From a virus, in IMG/VR virus record IMGVR_UViG_3300021959_007960, positions 1 to 64,000 of that record: a stretch of 64,000 nt of DNA; one strand, given 5' to 3'. The translations under genes and the position numbers were made by a program. Below, piece by piece: positions 1-7,519 of the stretch (position 1 is the stretch's first letter; each line of letters opens with the position of its first letter). Under the pieces are notes generated by a model. The model saw only the letters and a program-made list of their open reading frames with translations. It searched no databases and was not told the origin of the DNA.

Positions 1-69
1 GATAAAGCCTTATCGTATCACAATCTTGGGCTTGAATACTTGGGTAACTCTTCCGTGCCATGTATTGTA

Positions 70-109
70 AGTATACTATAATTATCGTCATTGTCAATAG
101 TATTCTTTA
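70..109 (-). promoter_or_regulatory. Interlocked sigma28-like and sigma70 promoter
   Basis: Minus strand has TAAAG(109-105)-N15-GACGATAA(89-82) and TTGACA(97-92)-N16-TATACT(75-70). Confidence 0.75.
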
Positions 110-138
110 ATAATAAACAAAAAAAATTGGAGTTCTTT

Positions 139-399
139 TCACTCCTCAAAATCCTCATCTTCAGATCCTTTAAGAATATGATAGCATTCTTCTAATATAT
201 CTTCCGTTTCGAATACCGTTGTTTCATTATCTGCACTTATATAATCCTTACAACCACGTTCGTCAACATATACATAGTTATCTATCAATTCACTTCCTGT
301 TAAATCATTTATAAACATTTCAATCACTGCCTGTTTTCTATTTGATTTGCCAACGTCCAACGCTTGTCGAAATTCACCCGATGCAATATATAGTTTCAT
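139..399 (-). CDS. Hypothetical phage protein
   Basis: 86-aa acidic ORF with an ATGA overlap to the upstream gene and a GGAGG RBS. Confidence 0.7.
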   Translation of the reverse strand: MKLYIASGEFRQALDVGKSNRKQAVIEMFINDLTGSELIDNYVYVDERGCKDYISADNETTVFETEDILEECYHILKGSEDEDFEE

Positions 400-1166
400 A
401 CCGCTGCCTCCTTCTTAAGAATTTTTAGTGCTTCCGCTGCTTTACTACCCTTTGGCTGAACACCGTGAATTAGTAGAGCAAAATCTTGGTTGGCTCTGGT
501 TGGATCACAGGCGTGACTATCGTCATTATCTACTTCTAGACCTAGATCGTCAGCTTCTTGTTGACTGAAAACTACCTTAGCAGATCGTAGACCGTGTTCT
601 GCAATAAGATGATCGTCACGACCACCGTATGATGCAGTCAATACTAGATTAGCAGGCACAAGGTCACGACTACGAACCCAATACGTGAGAGACTTAGTGT
701 AAGCATAGAATAATACGGTAGGATTACGCTGTGCGACTTTGATCCATGCCATGAAATATTTGTGACTGAACATATCGCCGGACACATGAATACGAATGAT
801 ACGGGCATCTTTGGGCAACACTGCACACAATCCGTCTGCCATAGCGTCAGACGTTTCTAGTGCATGAATAGCGTCATGGTTACGCTTGCGACTTTTGTAA
901 GTGTTGGTGAATAAGACTTCTTGACTAGCAGAGAAGCAACGGAATTTTGTATCTGGGCCGTCTTTGATTCTGCGACTACCGTCTGCCTGCTCTTCGGCCT
1001 GAGACTTGCAGTTGAATGCGAAAGGACAGTCTACTCCAGATAATATATCGAAAGAATAAACCTTGGCAGTAGACCGTCCTATCTTCTGGCCTAACCACCG
1101 CTTGAGCGTAGTGGTAGCAAGTTTGTAGAGTTTTTTGAGCTTAGTATTAGCTGCTGAAAATTTCAT
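396..1166 (-). CDS. Gp88-like phage protein
   Basis: CP...C...C cluster plus RIHVSGDMF and FYAYTKS motifs typical of the GP88 family; GGAGA RBS. Confidence 0.7.
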   Translation of the reverse strand: MKFSAANTKLKKLYKLATTTLKRWLGQKIGRSTAKVYSFDILSGVDCPFAFNCKSQAEEQADGSRRIKDGPDTKFRCFSASQEVLFTNTYKSRKRNHDAIHALETSDAMADGLCAVLPKDARIIRIHVSGDMFSHKYFMAWIKVAQRNPTVLFYAYTKSLTYWVRSRDLVPANLVLTASYGGRDDHLIAEHGLRSAKVVFSQQEADDLGLEVDNDDSHACDPTRANQDFALLIHGVQPKGSKAAEALKILKKEAAV

Positions 1167-1202
1167 TGTGGTGTTCTCCGTTGTCTCGTTGCTTGTCTCT
1201 CA

Positions 1203-1242
1203 AGTATACTATATTATCGTCCCCTGTCAAGTAAAAACTATA
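1203..1242 (-). promoter_or_regulatory. Interlocked sigma70 and degenerate sigma28-like promoter
   Basis: TTGACA(1230-1225)-N16-TATACT(1208-1203) and TATAG(1242-1238)-N16-GACGATAA(1221-1214). Confidence 0.7.
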
Positions 1243-1353
1243 GAAAAAATAAAAATATTATTTGGTACAGGTTTTGCTGGCTTCACCAATATCACCCAAA
1301 CCCAGAGGGTTACGTAGTACATTAGAGGGATAAAAACTGGAGTTTTTTATGCT

Positions 1354-1394
1354 AAAAAGAAAACCCCGCCGCCCATTTCTGAGCGACGAGGTTT
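1354..1394 (-). terminator. Rho-independent terminator
   Basis: Minus strand reads AAACCTCGTCGCTCA-GAAA-TGGGCGGCGGGGTTT followed by TCTTTTT, downstream of the 1422-1790 ORF. Confidence 0.8.
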
Positions 1395-1421
1395 GCGACA
1401 CACACCACCACGGAGAGAGTC

Positions 1422-1790
1422 CTAGAGAATGCCAAACAGTGGCTTTCGGCAATTCACTGCACGTTCGCAGTAGAACTGTCGATATTCACCGTCCTGAGTT
1501 TCGCACGTAACCAAGTGATTGGTTCGCTCGAAATCCTTATCATCCCGTCTGTAGTTTGAAGCTCGGTTCATCTGCTCCAACCTATTATCTGTGAGATGCA
1601 CTACTGGTTCGACGACCCGTGCCTTCCAGCGTTTACGTTCTCCATTCAATGGTTGAAGGTACTCGAAATCGTAAACTTGGCCCATCTTAGCTTCACACAA
1701 ACTAGCAGCACTCGAAAATGTTGCAAGATATGCTAGGATAAAACAAACAGACACTGCTACTGCACAACCGATTAAAATCATATCGCTCAT
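1422..1790 (-). CDS. Hypothetical protein with N-terminal transmembrane segment
   Basis: 122 aa with a hydrophobic N-terminus; GGAGA RBS, own promoter and terminator. Confidence 0.7.
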   Translation of the reverse strand: MSDMILIGCAVAVSVCFILAYLATFSSAASLCEAKMGQVYDFEYLQPLNGERKRWKARVVEPVVHLTDNRLEQMNRASNYRRDDKDFERTNHLVTCETQDGEYRQFYCERAVNCRKPLFGIL

Positions 1791-1828
1791 AATTTCTATT
1801 CTCCGAAGTAAAAACCAAACCTAAAAAC

Positions 1829-1857
1829 ATTCTACCATATGCTCAACACCGTGTCAA
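1829..1857 (-). promoter_or_regulatory. sigma70 promoter with extended -10
   Basis: TTGACA-N17-TAGAAT, with TGG immediately before the -10. Confidence 0.7.
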
Positions 1858-2156
1858 GCCTTAATTGTCATTCCATCCTCAAAAGCTGCAATACCATTTA
1901 CATACCATTCCCAATTTTCTTGGCGTACATAAAAAGGACTGAAACGATTGATTCTTTCTTTTGTTGTAGGCGATTTGTGCCCACCATGTCTCAGTGTTAC
2001 GCTATCATCATCATGAATAGTCACAACGTCTGTACTGTACAGCATGAAAGCCACGCTACCATCTGGCTTGATTCTTGCCGTGGTATTGTTGGCTACCTTG
2101 CGTTGCATTCTGTTATTCTTTCCTAAAACCAATTTTGTTGCTTCTGCGTGTGTCAT
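1854..2156 (-). CDS. Conserved phage hypothetical protein
   Basis: 100 aa with a GG..SPTTKERIN motif seen in small phage proteins; AGGAG RBS. Confidence 0.7.
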   Translation of the reverse strand: MTHAEATKLVLGKNNRMQRKVANNTTARIKPDGSVAFMLYSTDVVTIHDDDSVTLRHGGHKSPTTKERINRFSPFYVRQENWEWYVNGIAAFEDGMTIKA

Positions 2157-2177
2157 AAGTATTGTCTCCTACTTGTT

Positions 2178-2213
2178 ATATCGTCATTCTACCAGATAAA
2201 CTTTAGCTGTCAA
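2178..2213 (-). promoter_or_regulatory. Interlocked sigma28-like and sigma70 promoter
   Basis: TAAAG(2205-2201)-N15-GACGATAT(2185-2178) and TTGACA(2213-2208)-N16-TAGAAT(2191-2186). Confidence 0.75.
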
Positions 2214-2272
2214 TAGAAAAAAAAGAAAAAAATATGAAACCCACCCATAATGGGGGTATGAAGTCAAGTTTT

Positions 2273-2291
2273 AAACCCCCCTTTCGGGGGG
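2273..2291 (-). terminator. Putative terminator hairpin
   Basis: CCCCCC-GAAA-GGGGGG-TTT downstream of the 2319-2525 ORF. Confidence 0.55.
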
Positions 2292-2318
2292 AAGGTCTAA
2301 AGACCAAACTCTGTAGGT

Positions 2319-2525
2319 TTAATTTGCCCTTCCATCAGATGTAGGCAAATTGTAAGGATAGTTCCAGTGATAAACGCTATTCCGAAAATTCGCATCGCTT
2401 CCCTCTGTTCCCTCGTCATCATTCACCTCCGTGTGAAATACTGTTTGTGTAACTGACCACATCATAATTATGCCAACTGTATATCCTATTACAATCGACA
2501 GAAAATCTAATTCTATAACATTCAT
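2319..2525 (-). CDS. Small membrane protein
   Basis: 68 aa with an N-terminal hydrophobic helix; overlaps the upstream stop codon. Confidence 0.55.
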   Translation of the reverse strand: MNVIELDFLSIVIGYTVGIIMMWSVTQTVFHTEVNDDEGTEGSDANFRNSVYHWNYPYNLPTSDGRAN

Positions 2526-2752
2526 TCTGCTGTGTACTCCTCATAAGAAAAACTCTGAACGCCTCGACGATATTGCTCCTCTACAATACCTGAAATCGCT
2601 GCTATGTTTTCTTGCCTGTTCTCCGCTGTGCTAAGATCAATTCTAGGCACTGCTACCATTATCGACAAATTATCTTGCTCCTCTCCAGTAATTTCATCAA
2701 TAATATTATTACAATCGTAGTATCGAAAGTTTGGATCCATCGCATTATTCAT
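2522..2752 (-). CDS. Hypothetical protein
   Basis: 76-aa acidic ORF with a GAGGA RBS. Confidence 0.6.
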   Translation of the reverse strand: MNNAMDPNFRYYDCNNIIDEITGEEQDNLSIMVAVPRIDLSTAENRQENIAAISGIVEEQYRRGVQSFSYEEYTAE

Positions 2753-2899
2753 TTCTTAAGTTCCTCACGTAAAGTATATTTCCTGCTACTCTCATTCCGT
2801 CCTGATCATCCAATTCCCAACTATTAACATAATACAGTTGTACCAAACGAGTCGATAGTTTGTCAAGAGTATCGTACAAGCTATCTTGCATCAATTCGT

Positions 2900-3079
2900 T
2901 CATTGTTCATTCCTCCAACGTTGTTGTAATTCCTTAGCACTTGCTCTAATAATATTTTCCCATACTTCTACATCGTCAGTATCTCCTCTCAGCTTGGCTC
3001 CAGGTATTGCTTCTTGACCGGCTTTCAGCCAAGCCTGTATTTCATACGTTTCAAATTCATCAAAGTAGTAATCCATCAT
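2900..3079 (-). CDS. Hypothetical protein
   Basis: Start moved to ATG 3079, which has a GGAG RBS and overlaps the upstream stop. Confidence 0.6.
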   Translation of the reverse strand: MMDYYFDEFETYEIQAWLKAGQEAIPGAKLRGDTDDVEVWENIIRASAKELQQRWRNEQ

Positions 3080-3294
3080 ATGCTCCAATCTTCTGGCATG
3101 TCGTATTGTCCGTGATCCCAATCATCACCACCATAGTAATCTTGCATTTCATCATACATGGTAGGCTGTCCGTCGTCAACATCATCATACAGTACAGATT
3201 CGTACTGATCATCTTCCATCATGTCAACTATATCAAGTCCATCTACAACATCTGTTCGTGAGTCGTAAATATTGTCAGCGGGTGCCATAATCAA
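3076..3294 (-). CDS. Very acidic small protein
   Basis: 72 aa, Asp/Tyr-rich; GGAGA RBS; lies downstream of a dual promoter. Confidence 0.65.
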   Translation of the reverse strand: MIMAPADNIYDSRTDVVDGLDIVDMMEDDQYESVLYDDVDDGQPTMYDEMQDYYGGDDWDHGQYDMPEDWSI

Positions 3295-3323
3295 TTCTCC
3301 AAGTGGTTAAGTGTTATATTCCA

Positions 3324-3363
3324 AGTATACAGGTATTATCGGCATTGTCAAGAAAAATCTTTA
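3324..3363 (-). promoter_or_regulatory. Interlocked sigma28-like and sigma70 promoter
   Basis: TAAAG(3363-3359)-N15-GCCGATAA(3343-3336), a perfect FliA -10, and TTGACA(3351-3346)-N16-TATACT(3329-3324). Confidence 0.8.
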
Positions 3364-3519
3364 CTCTTTTTTCAAGATTGTGTCCAAGTAAATTTCCTCA
3401 GCAGTCATAACGTATCCATACTCACAATTGGGGGTATACACTCCAAAATATACCTTACCATTATCATACCCTTCGAACCCTACCATGATCCCAAATATAG
3501 TGTAGATTGTCAACATCAT
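3361..3519 (-). CDS. Small hypothetical protein, 52 aa (not in the ORF track)
   Basis: Translates as MMLTIYTIFGIMVGFEGYDNGKVYFGVYTPNCEYGYVMTAEEIYLDTILKKE; GGAGA RBS; promoter upstream. Confidence 0.6.
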   Translation of the reverse strand: MMLTIYTIFGIMVGFEGYDNGKVYFGVYTPNCEYGYVMTAEEIYLDTILKKE

Positions 3520-3553
3520 TTTTCTCCGTGTGGTATTGTTTCCTATATATATA

Positions 3554-3581
3554 ATATCGGCTTGTCCAGTTAGTTCCTTTA
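3554..3581 (-). promoter_or_regulatory. sigma28-like promoter
   Basis: TAAAG(3581-3577)-N15-GCCGATAT(3561-3554). Confidence 0.7.
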
Positions 3582-3687
3582 ATGAAATCTATCTTTTTCT
3601 CGCTGGCTTTACCATAATAACCTAACCGGCTAGATTAGCCGGTACAAATTAAATAAACAGGTTTATAAATAGCAAACCGCGTGCCAT

Positions 3688-3984
3688 TCATTCTAAAAAT
3701 GGCGATTCCTCTACGGTGTTTGCGTAGTGATTACATAACGCTTCGATGCGTGCAGTTGATCCTGGTTGACCTACTGGTCTTATCATCTTATCTTTCCCAC
3801 CAATAAACCTATCATCCACCTTACGGCCTGATTTACTTTCCATACTATTAGATAGTAAAACTCTGCGATTGAATTTATGAACCGTTCCATTCTGCTCAAT
3901 ACCTTTCCATATTTGTGTGCATTCATCCCATGCAGCGGATAGGATAGGATACTGCCTCATTAGTTGCTCTGTGTTACTTGACAT
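3688..3984 (-). CDS. Hypothetical protein
   Basis: 98-aa ORF overlapping the upstream gene. Confidence 0.65.
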   Translation of the reverse strand: MSSNTEQLMRQYPILSAAWDECTQIWKGIEQNGTVHKFNRRVLLSNSMESKSGRKVDDRFIGGKDKMIRPVGQPGSTARIEALCNHYANTVEESPFLE

Positions 3985-4327
3985 TGTAATTGTAATCTCC
4001 TGTGTTGTAGTTTCTTATCTCTTGTAGTTTACTCGCTACCTCATGAAAGTCAAGCCATCCGATAACATCTACACAGCCTAAATCGTGATTGATTTGAGTA
4101 TCATAGATGATCTCGTTTGTAGTGTAGGGATCTGTGCCGTGTTGATACTTTAGAATCGCCAGTTCAAAATAACCATGCTGACCACCATAAGTCCCATCAT
4201 GCAGAGCGATACTTGCCCCAAGTCCGTTACTAAAATAGTAGTGCTTAACATATCGACCTTGCTCCTTGTGTGCTTGTGTGTTGAATCGTGTTCCGTTTAA
4301 TTTCAGTGGGTTTACTTTAGTTTTCAT
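3974..4327 (-). CDS. Conserved phage hypothetical protein
   Basis: FSNGLGASI...YGG..GYFELAIL...DVIGWL pattern common in phage early proteins. Confidence 0.7.
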   Translation of the reverse strand: MKTKVNPLKLNGTRFNTQAHKEQGRYVKHYYFSNGLGASIALHDGTYGGQHGYFELAILKYQHGTDPYTTNEIIYDTQINHDLGCVDVIGWLDFHEVASKLQEIRNYNTGDYNYNVK

Positions 4328-4330
4328 TAT

Positions 4331-4504
4331 TTACTCCTCGATGTGTGAAAGTCTGAAGGGAATCAAGACATGGTGTGACACTAATTGTCGAGCCTCTGAT
4401 TCTGTTACGGCTCCGACCTCTCCTAGTTTATCTCCGGTCTGAGCATCTATTACTACCCAAACATTTTTTCTGACTTCTGGCATAATACAATTATTGTGAC
4501 TCAT
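4331..4504 (-). CDS. Hypothetical protein
   Basis: Start moved to ATG 4504, which has a GGAGG RBS and an ATGA overlap. Confidence 0.6.
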   Translation of the reverse strand: MSHNNCIMPEVRKNVWVVIDAQTGDKLGEVGAVTESEARQLVSHHVLIPFRLSHIEE

Positions 4505-5049
4505 ACTGTCACCTCCATTCTTGTTTGTTCTGGATTCCATTCTACTGCTAGCATGTCCTTCCGTGTCATTGACTCATTGAAGTATATGTCATAACCGTGT
4601 TCACGTCCAGTCTTATCGACCTTGTATTTTTTGTTCTTGCAAGCTTCCATAATGTCGCGGTGTGAAACTGTTTTGACTATAACGCCACGCTCTGGATGAA
4701 TGAAGCATAGAAACAGAATGTCGAAACGATCTTTTTTGATGCCGCGAAAATAAAACTGCTTGTTTGTTATTCCGAATACTGCTGACTTGACTTCGGCTTT
4801 TTTGTGGCATCCGCTAACGTACAGCGATATGTCGTGACTTGTATGGCCGCCAGTATGCTCGATCTCACCATCGACACCGAATTTTTTCATGTGGTCAATT
4901 ACCATCAATTCACATGCGACACCCTGATCATGTGACGACATGGTATAAAGTTCGTAGCTCAGTTCGTTATTTTGTAGACTGTATTGGCAACCGTTGCGGG
5001 ACTGTGCTAACTTGTTTTTTGCGATCTGAAGGTCGAGAGTTGTAAACAT
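4501..5049 (-). CDS. Putative PD-(D/E)XK restriction-like endonuclease
   Basis: G...E...HD(x)n-AEVKSA motif followed by FDILFL. Confidence 0.55.
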   Translation of the reverse strand: MFTTLDLQIAKNKLAQSRNGCQYSLQNNELSYELYTMSSHDQGVACELMVIDHMKKFGVDGEIEHTGGHTSHDISLYVSGCHKKAEVKSAVFGITNKQFYFRGIKKDRFDILFLCFIHPERGVIVKTVSHRDIMEACKNKKYKVDKTGREHGYDIYFNESMTRKDMLAVEWNPEQTRMEVTV

Positions 5050-5080
5050 TTTAGGGTTCCTGTGTTGGTGTGATGTTTAG

Positions 5081-5120
5081 AGTCTAAAATAATTATCGAC
5101 AAATTGCAAGCGGTAGTTTA
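5081..5120 (-). promoter_or_regulatory. Interlocked sigma28-like and sigma70 promoter
   Basis: TAAAC(5120-5116)-N15-GTCGATAA(5100-5093) and TTGCAA(5109-5104)-N17-TAGACT(5086-5081). Confidence 0.7.
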
Positions 5121-5306
5121 TCCCGCACCATAAAAATCTAATGATGATTCAAAGTGAACAGCTTCCGAAGATTCGTAGTCAATTCTATCTTCAATGACTT
5201 CGCAATGCTCAAAACATGTTGGGCAAAGGTCAGCGTCGGAGTGAACATATGCTCCACAGCAATCAGAAGTGTAATGGATTTCAAAGTTTTGATTATTGTT
5301 ACTCAT
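5118..5306 (-). CDS. Small Cys-rich putative Zn-binding protein
   Basis: SDCCGA...CPTCFEHC motif; AAGGA RBS. Confidence 0.65.
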   Translation of the reverse strand: MSNNNQNFEIHYTSDCCGAYVHSDADLCPTCFEHCEVIEDRIDYESSEAVHFESSLDFYGAG

Positions 5307-5341
5307 AATTTTTTTCCTTAGTGTTAAGTGTTCTATTTGTT

Positions 5342-5378
5342 ATATCGTCATTTTACAGTAGATACTTTAAGATTGCAA
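5342..5378 (-). promoter_or_regulatory. Interlocked sigma28-like and sigma70 promoter
   Basis: TAAAG(5369-5365)-N15-GACGATAT(5349-5342) and TTGCAA(5378-5373)-N17-TAAAAT(5355-5350). Confidence 0.75.
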
Positions 5379-5409
5379 GGATAATCTTTGGAATTTTCAA
5401 ATATAGTTT

Positions 5410-5476
5410 CATGCCAAACGAGAACAAAATTTATTTTTTTGCAATATAATACCATGCCAAACGATCATAAAATTTT
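5410..5476. repeat. Direct repeat CATGCCAAACGA-N4-AAAATTT, two copies
   Basis: Exact 12-mer at 5410-5421 and 5453-5464, in the strand-switch region. Confidence 0.7.
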
Positions 5477-5650
5477 ACCAGATACACTGTACATACTAGC
5501 ACCACCCCCGGGAGGGGTTTTTCTGTTTTGCCAGACCCCCACGGAGTAGGGGGCAACCGTCGCGGGGGGTATAGACAAAATTGCCACCATAAAATCAATA
5601 TGTAATACCTAAACTATAAGGATTAACATTATGATTCTTCCTTGACTATT

Positions 5651-5657
5651 GGTGTAT
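5651..5657 (+). promoter_or_regulatory. Putative late promoter motif GGTGTAT
   Basis: First copy of a motif that recurs ahead of late genes. Confidence 0.5.
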
Positions 5658-5710
5658 AGTTTCTATTATAGAAATAATACTATTACAATACTATTAGGTA
5701 CGGTATAATT

Positions 5711-5893
5711 ATGAAGCATATTTTTGCATCTTCGTCCCTGTCAGTAACAGGAAACCCACAGAATCAACCAACACAGGAAGAGTTGTCTCTGCCAGATGGC
5801 ATGAGCATCGCGGAGCTATTATTAAATGAAACAGAAACAGAAGACCAAGGAAAAGATGATCCTCAACAAAGTGACAGAGAAACACTTTCTTGA
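5711..5893 (+). CDS. Possible small protein
   Basis: 60-aa acidic ORF at the start of the late arm; weak RBS. Confidence 0.35.
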   Translation: MKHIFASSSLSVTGNPQNQPTQEELSLPDGMSIAELLLNETETEDQGKDDPQQSDRETLS

Positions 5894-6452
5894 GACAATA
5901 GACAAGATCTGCTATAAACTTTTATATAAATTCAGATTCGGATACCACGACATAGAGGACATGAAACAACAGGCATACATTTTTGCCTTGCAAGGATTAG
6001 AAAACTATGACCCCAGCAAACCACTAGAGAATTTCTTATGGACCCACATTCGTAATCGTCTTTTTAATTTTAAAAGAGACAAATACCAAAGGCCAGATAA
6101 ACCTTGTAACACTTGCGAACATTACGACAAAGACTATAGTCAGAGTCGTAGTCAGTGTTTATTATATAGTTGCAAAGTAAATTGTTCTCTTTATAATAAT
6201 TGGTACATTAAAAATAACAATAAGAAAAATTTGATGCAAATATCCCACACTGAAAAAGCAGAATCCATACAGAGCAAACAAAAAGATCTCCTAGAAGGTA
6301 TATCTAATAAAGAAATCCTCAAACAAATAGACCCCGAGATTAAAGTATCCTTACGTAAATATTATCTTATGTTTTTATATGGACAAAAAATCCCGAAAAA
6401 ATATAAACATCTTCTTCTGCAAAACATACAAGAGATTTTAAATCATGAGTAG
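5856..6452 (+). CDS. Phage RNA polymerase sigma-factor-like protein
   Basis: Region-2-like segment DIEDMKQQAYIFALQGLENYDPSKPLENFLWTHIRNRLFNFKR; Cys-rich insert; AAGGA RBS before ATG 5856. Confidence 0.65.
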   Translation: MILNKVTEKHFLETIDKICYKLLYKFRFGYHDIEDMKQQAYIFALQGLENYDPSKPLENFLWTHIRNRLFNFKRDKYQRPDKPCNTCEHYDKDYSQSRSQCLLYSCKVNCSLYNNWYIKNNNKKNLMQISHTEKAESIQSKQKDLLEGISNKEILKQIDPEIKVSLRKYYLMFLYGQKIPKKYKHLLLQNIQEILNHE

Positions 6453-7266
6453 AAAAAGAGGCCAGCTTAGTCTGGAAGAACAACAGTATATCAAAGACAA
6501 TTTTAATACTAGTACTATAGAAGAGATAGCAGAATTTTTAAATCGTAACCCTGCTCCCGTAAAACGATATATTAATGATAATCATTTAATGATTCCTGAT
6601 GACCCTGATGATGACAGTGACTATCTCAAACATAAATTACATAAAAAAACTTTCTGGACTGAAATAGAACGTCAATTCGATAAGGACAGTGGAGAGTTAG
6701 AATATTTTGAAAATACATGGGTAGGTCTTATAAAACAATTTAGAGAAGACGTACTTCCTGCTGAAGAATTACAAATCAAACAATTTATCACCATCGACAT
6801 TCTTATCAATCGTAGTATGAAAGAACGTAAGAGACATATTACAGATACCGAACGTATTCAAAAAATGGTAGACGATCAATATTTAAAATCTGAAGAAACC
6901 CGTGATAATGCTTATCTTACTAATTTAGAAACCCAACTATCATTTGCCCGTAATAGTATAACCAGCTATACAAATGAATATACCAAACTCTTGTCTGAAC
7001 AACAAAAAATAAGTAAAGATCTTAAAGCCACTAGAGAACAGAGAATCAAAAGAATCGAAGATGGTAAGAGTAGTTGGACAGGATTACTACGGATGCTAGA
7101 AGATGAGAAGATTAGGGAGACAGAAGGAAGACAAATGGAAATCATGACTATGAGCGTAAATAAACATTTAAAAGAATTAGAGACTATTCATGTATACCAA
7201 GATAAAACAGCAGACAGTCCTTTTCTTACTCCTGAAAGCGTAGAACAAGATGAATCGACAAGTTGA
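6445..7266 (+). CDS. Putative terminase small subunit or DNA-binding protein
   Basis: N-terminal HTH-like segment (TIEEIAEFLNRNPAPVKRY) plus coiled coil; lies upstream of TerL. Confidence 0.45.
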   Translation: MSRKRGQLSLEEQQYIKDNFNTSTIEEIAEFLNRNPAPVKRYINDNHLMIPDDPDDDSDYLKHKLHKKTFWTEIERQFDKDSGELEYFENTWVGLIKQFREDVLPAEELQIKQFITIDILINRSMKERKRHITDTERIQKMVDDQYLKSEETRDNAYLTNLETQLSFARNSITSYTNEYTKLLSEQQKISKDLKATREQRIKRIEDGKSSWTGLLRMLEDEKIRETEGRQMEIMTMSVNKHLKELETIHVYQDKTADSPFLTPESVEQDESTS

Positions 7267-7519
7267 TGAGAATTATAAAAAATGGAGAAACGAAGTATAT
7301 AAGAGAGACAAATATTGTTGTCAATGGCCCAAATGTAATATAAGAAGACGATTAAATGCACACCATATAAAAAGATGGAGTGATTATCCTACCTTAAGAT
7401 TTAATCTTAATAATGGAATCACCCTCTGCAGTAGACACCATAAATTTATCCACGGAAATGAAGATGGCTATGCTCCTTTATTTTTTAAGATAGTAGCCAA
7501 CAAGAACAATGAAAAATAA
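7250..7519 (+). CDS. HNH endonuclease
   Basis: RD..CCQWPKC...AHHIK.W...NGITLCSRHH motif. Confidence 0.85.
   Translation: MNRQVDENYKKWRNEVYKRDKYCCQWPKCNIRRRLNAHHIKRWSDYPTLRFNLNNGITLCSRHHKFIHGNEDGYAPLFFKIVANKNNEK

Noticed and set aside
2837-2866. Additional sigma70 promoter TTGACA-N18-TACAAC
   Set aside because: Plausible, but the spacer is long and the -10 is weak, so it is not listed as a feature.
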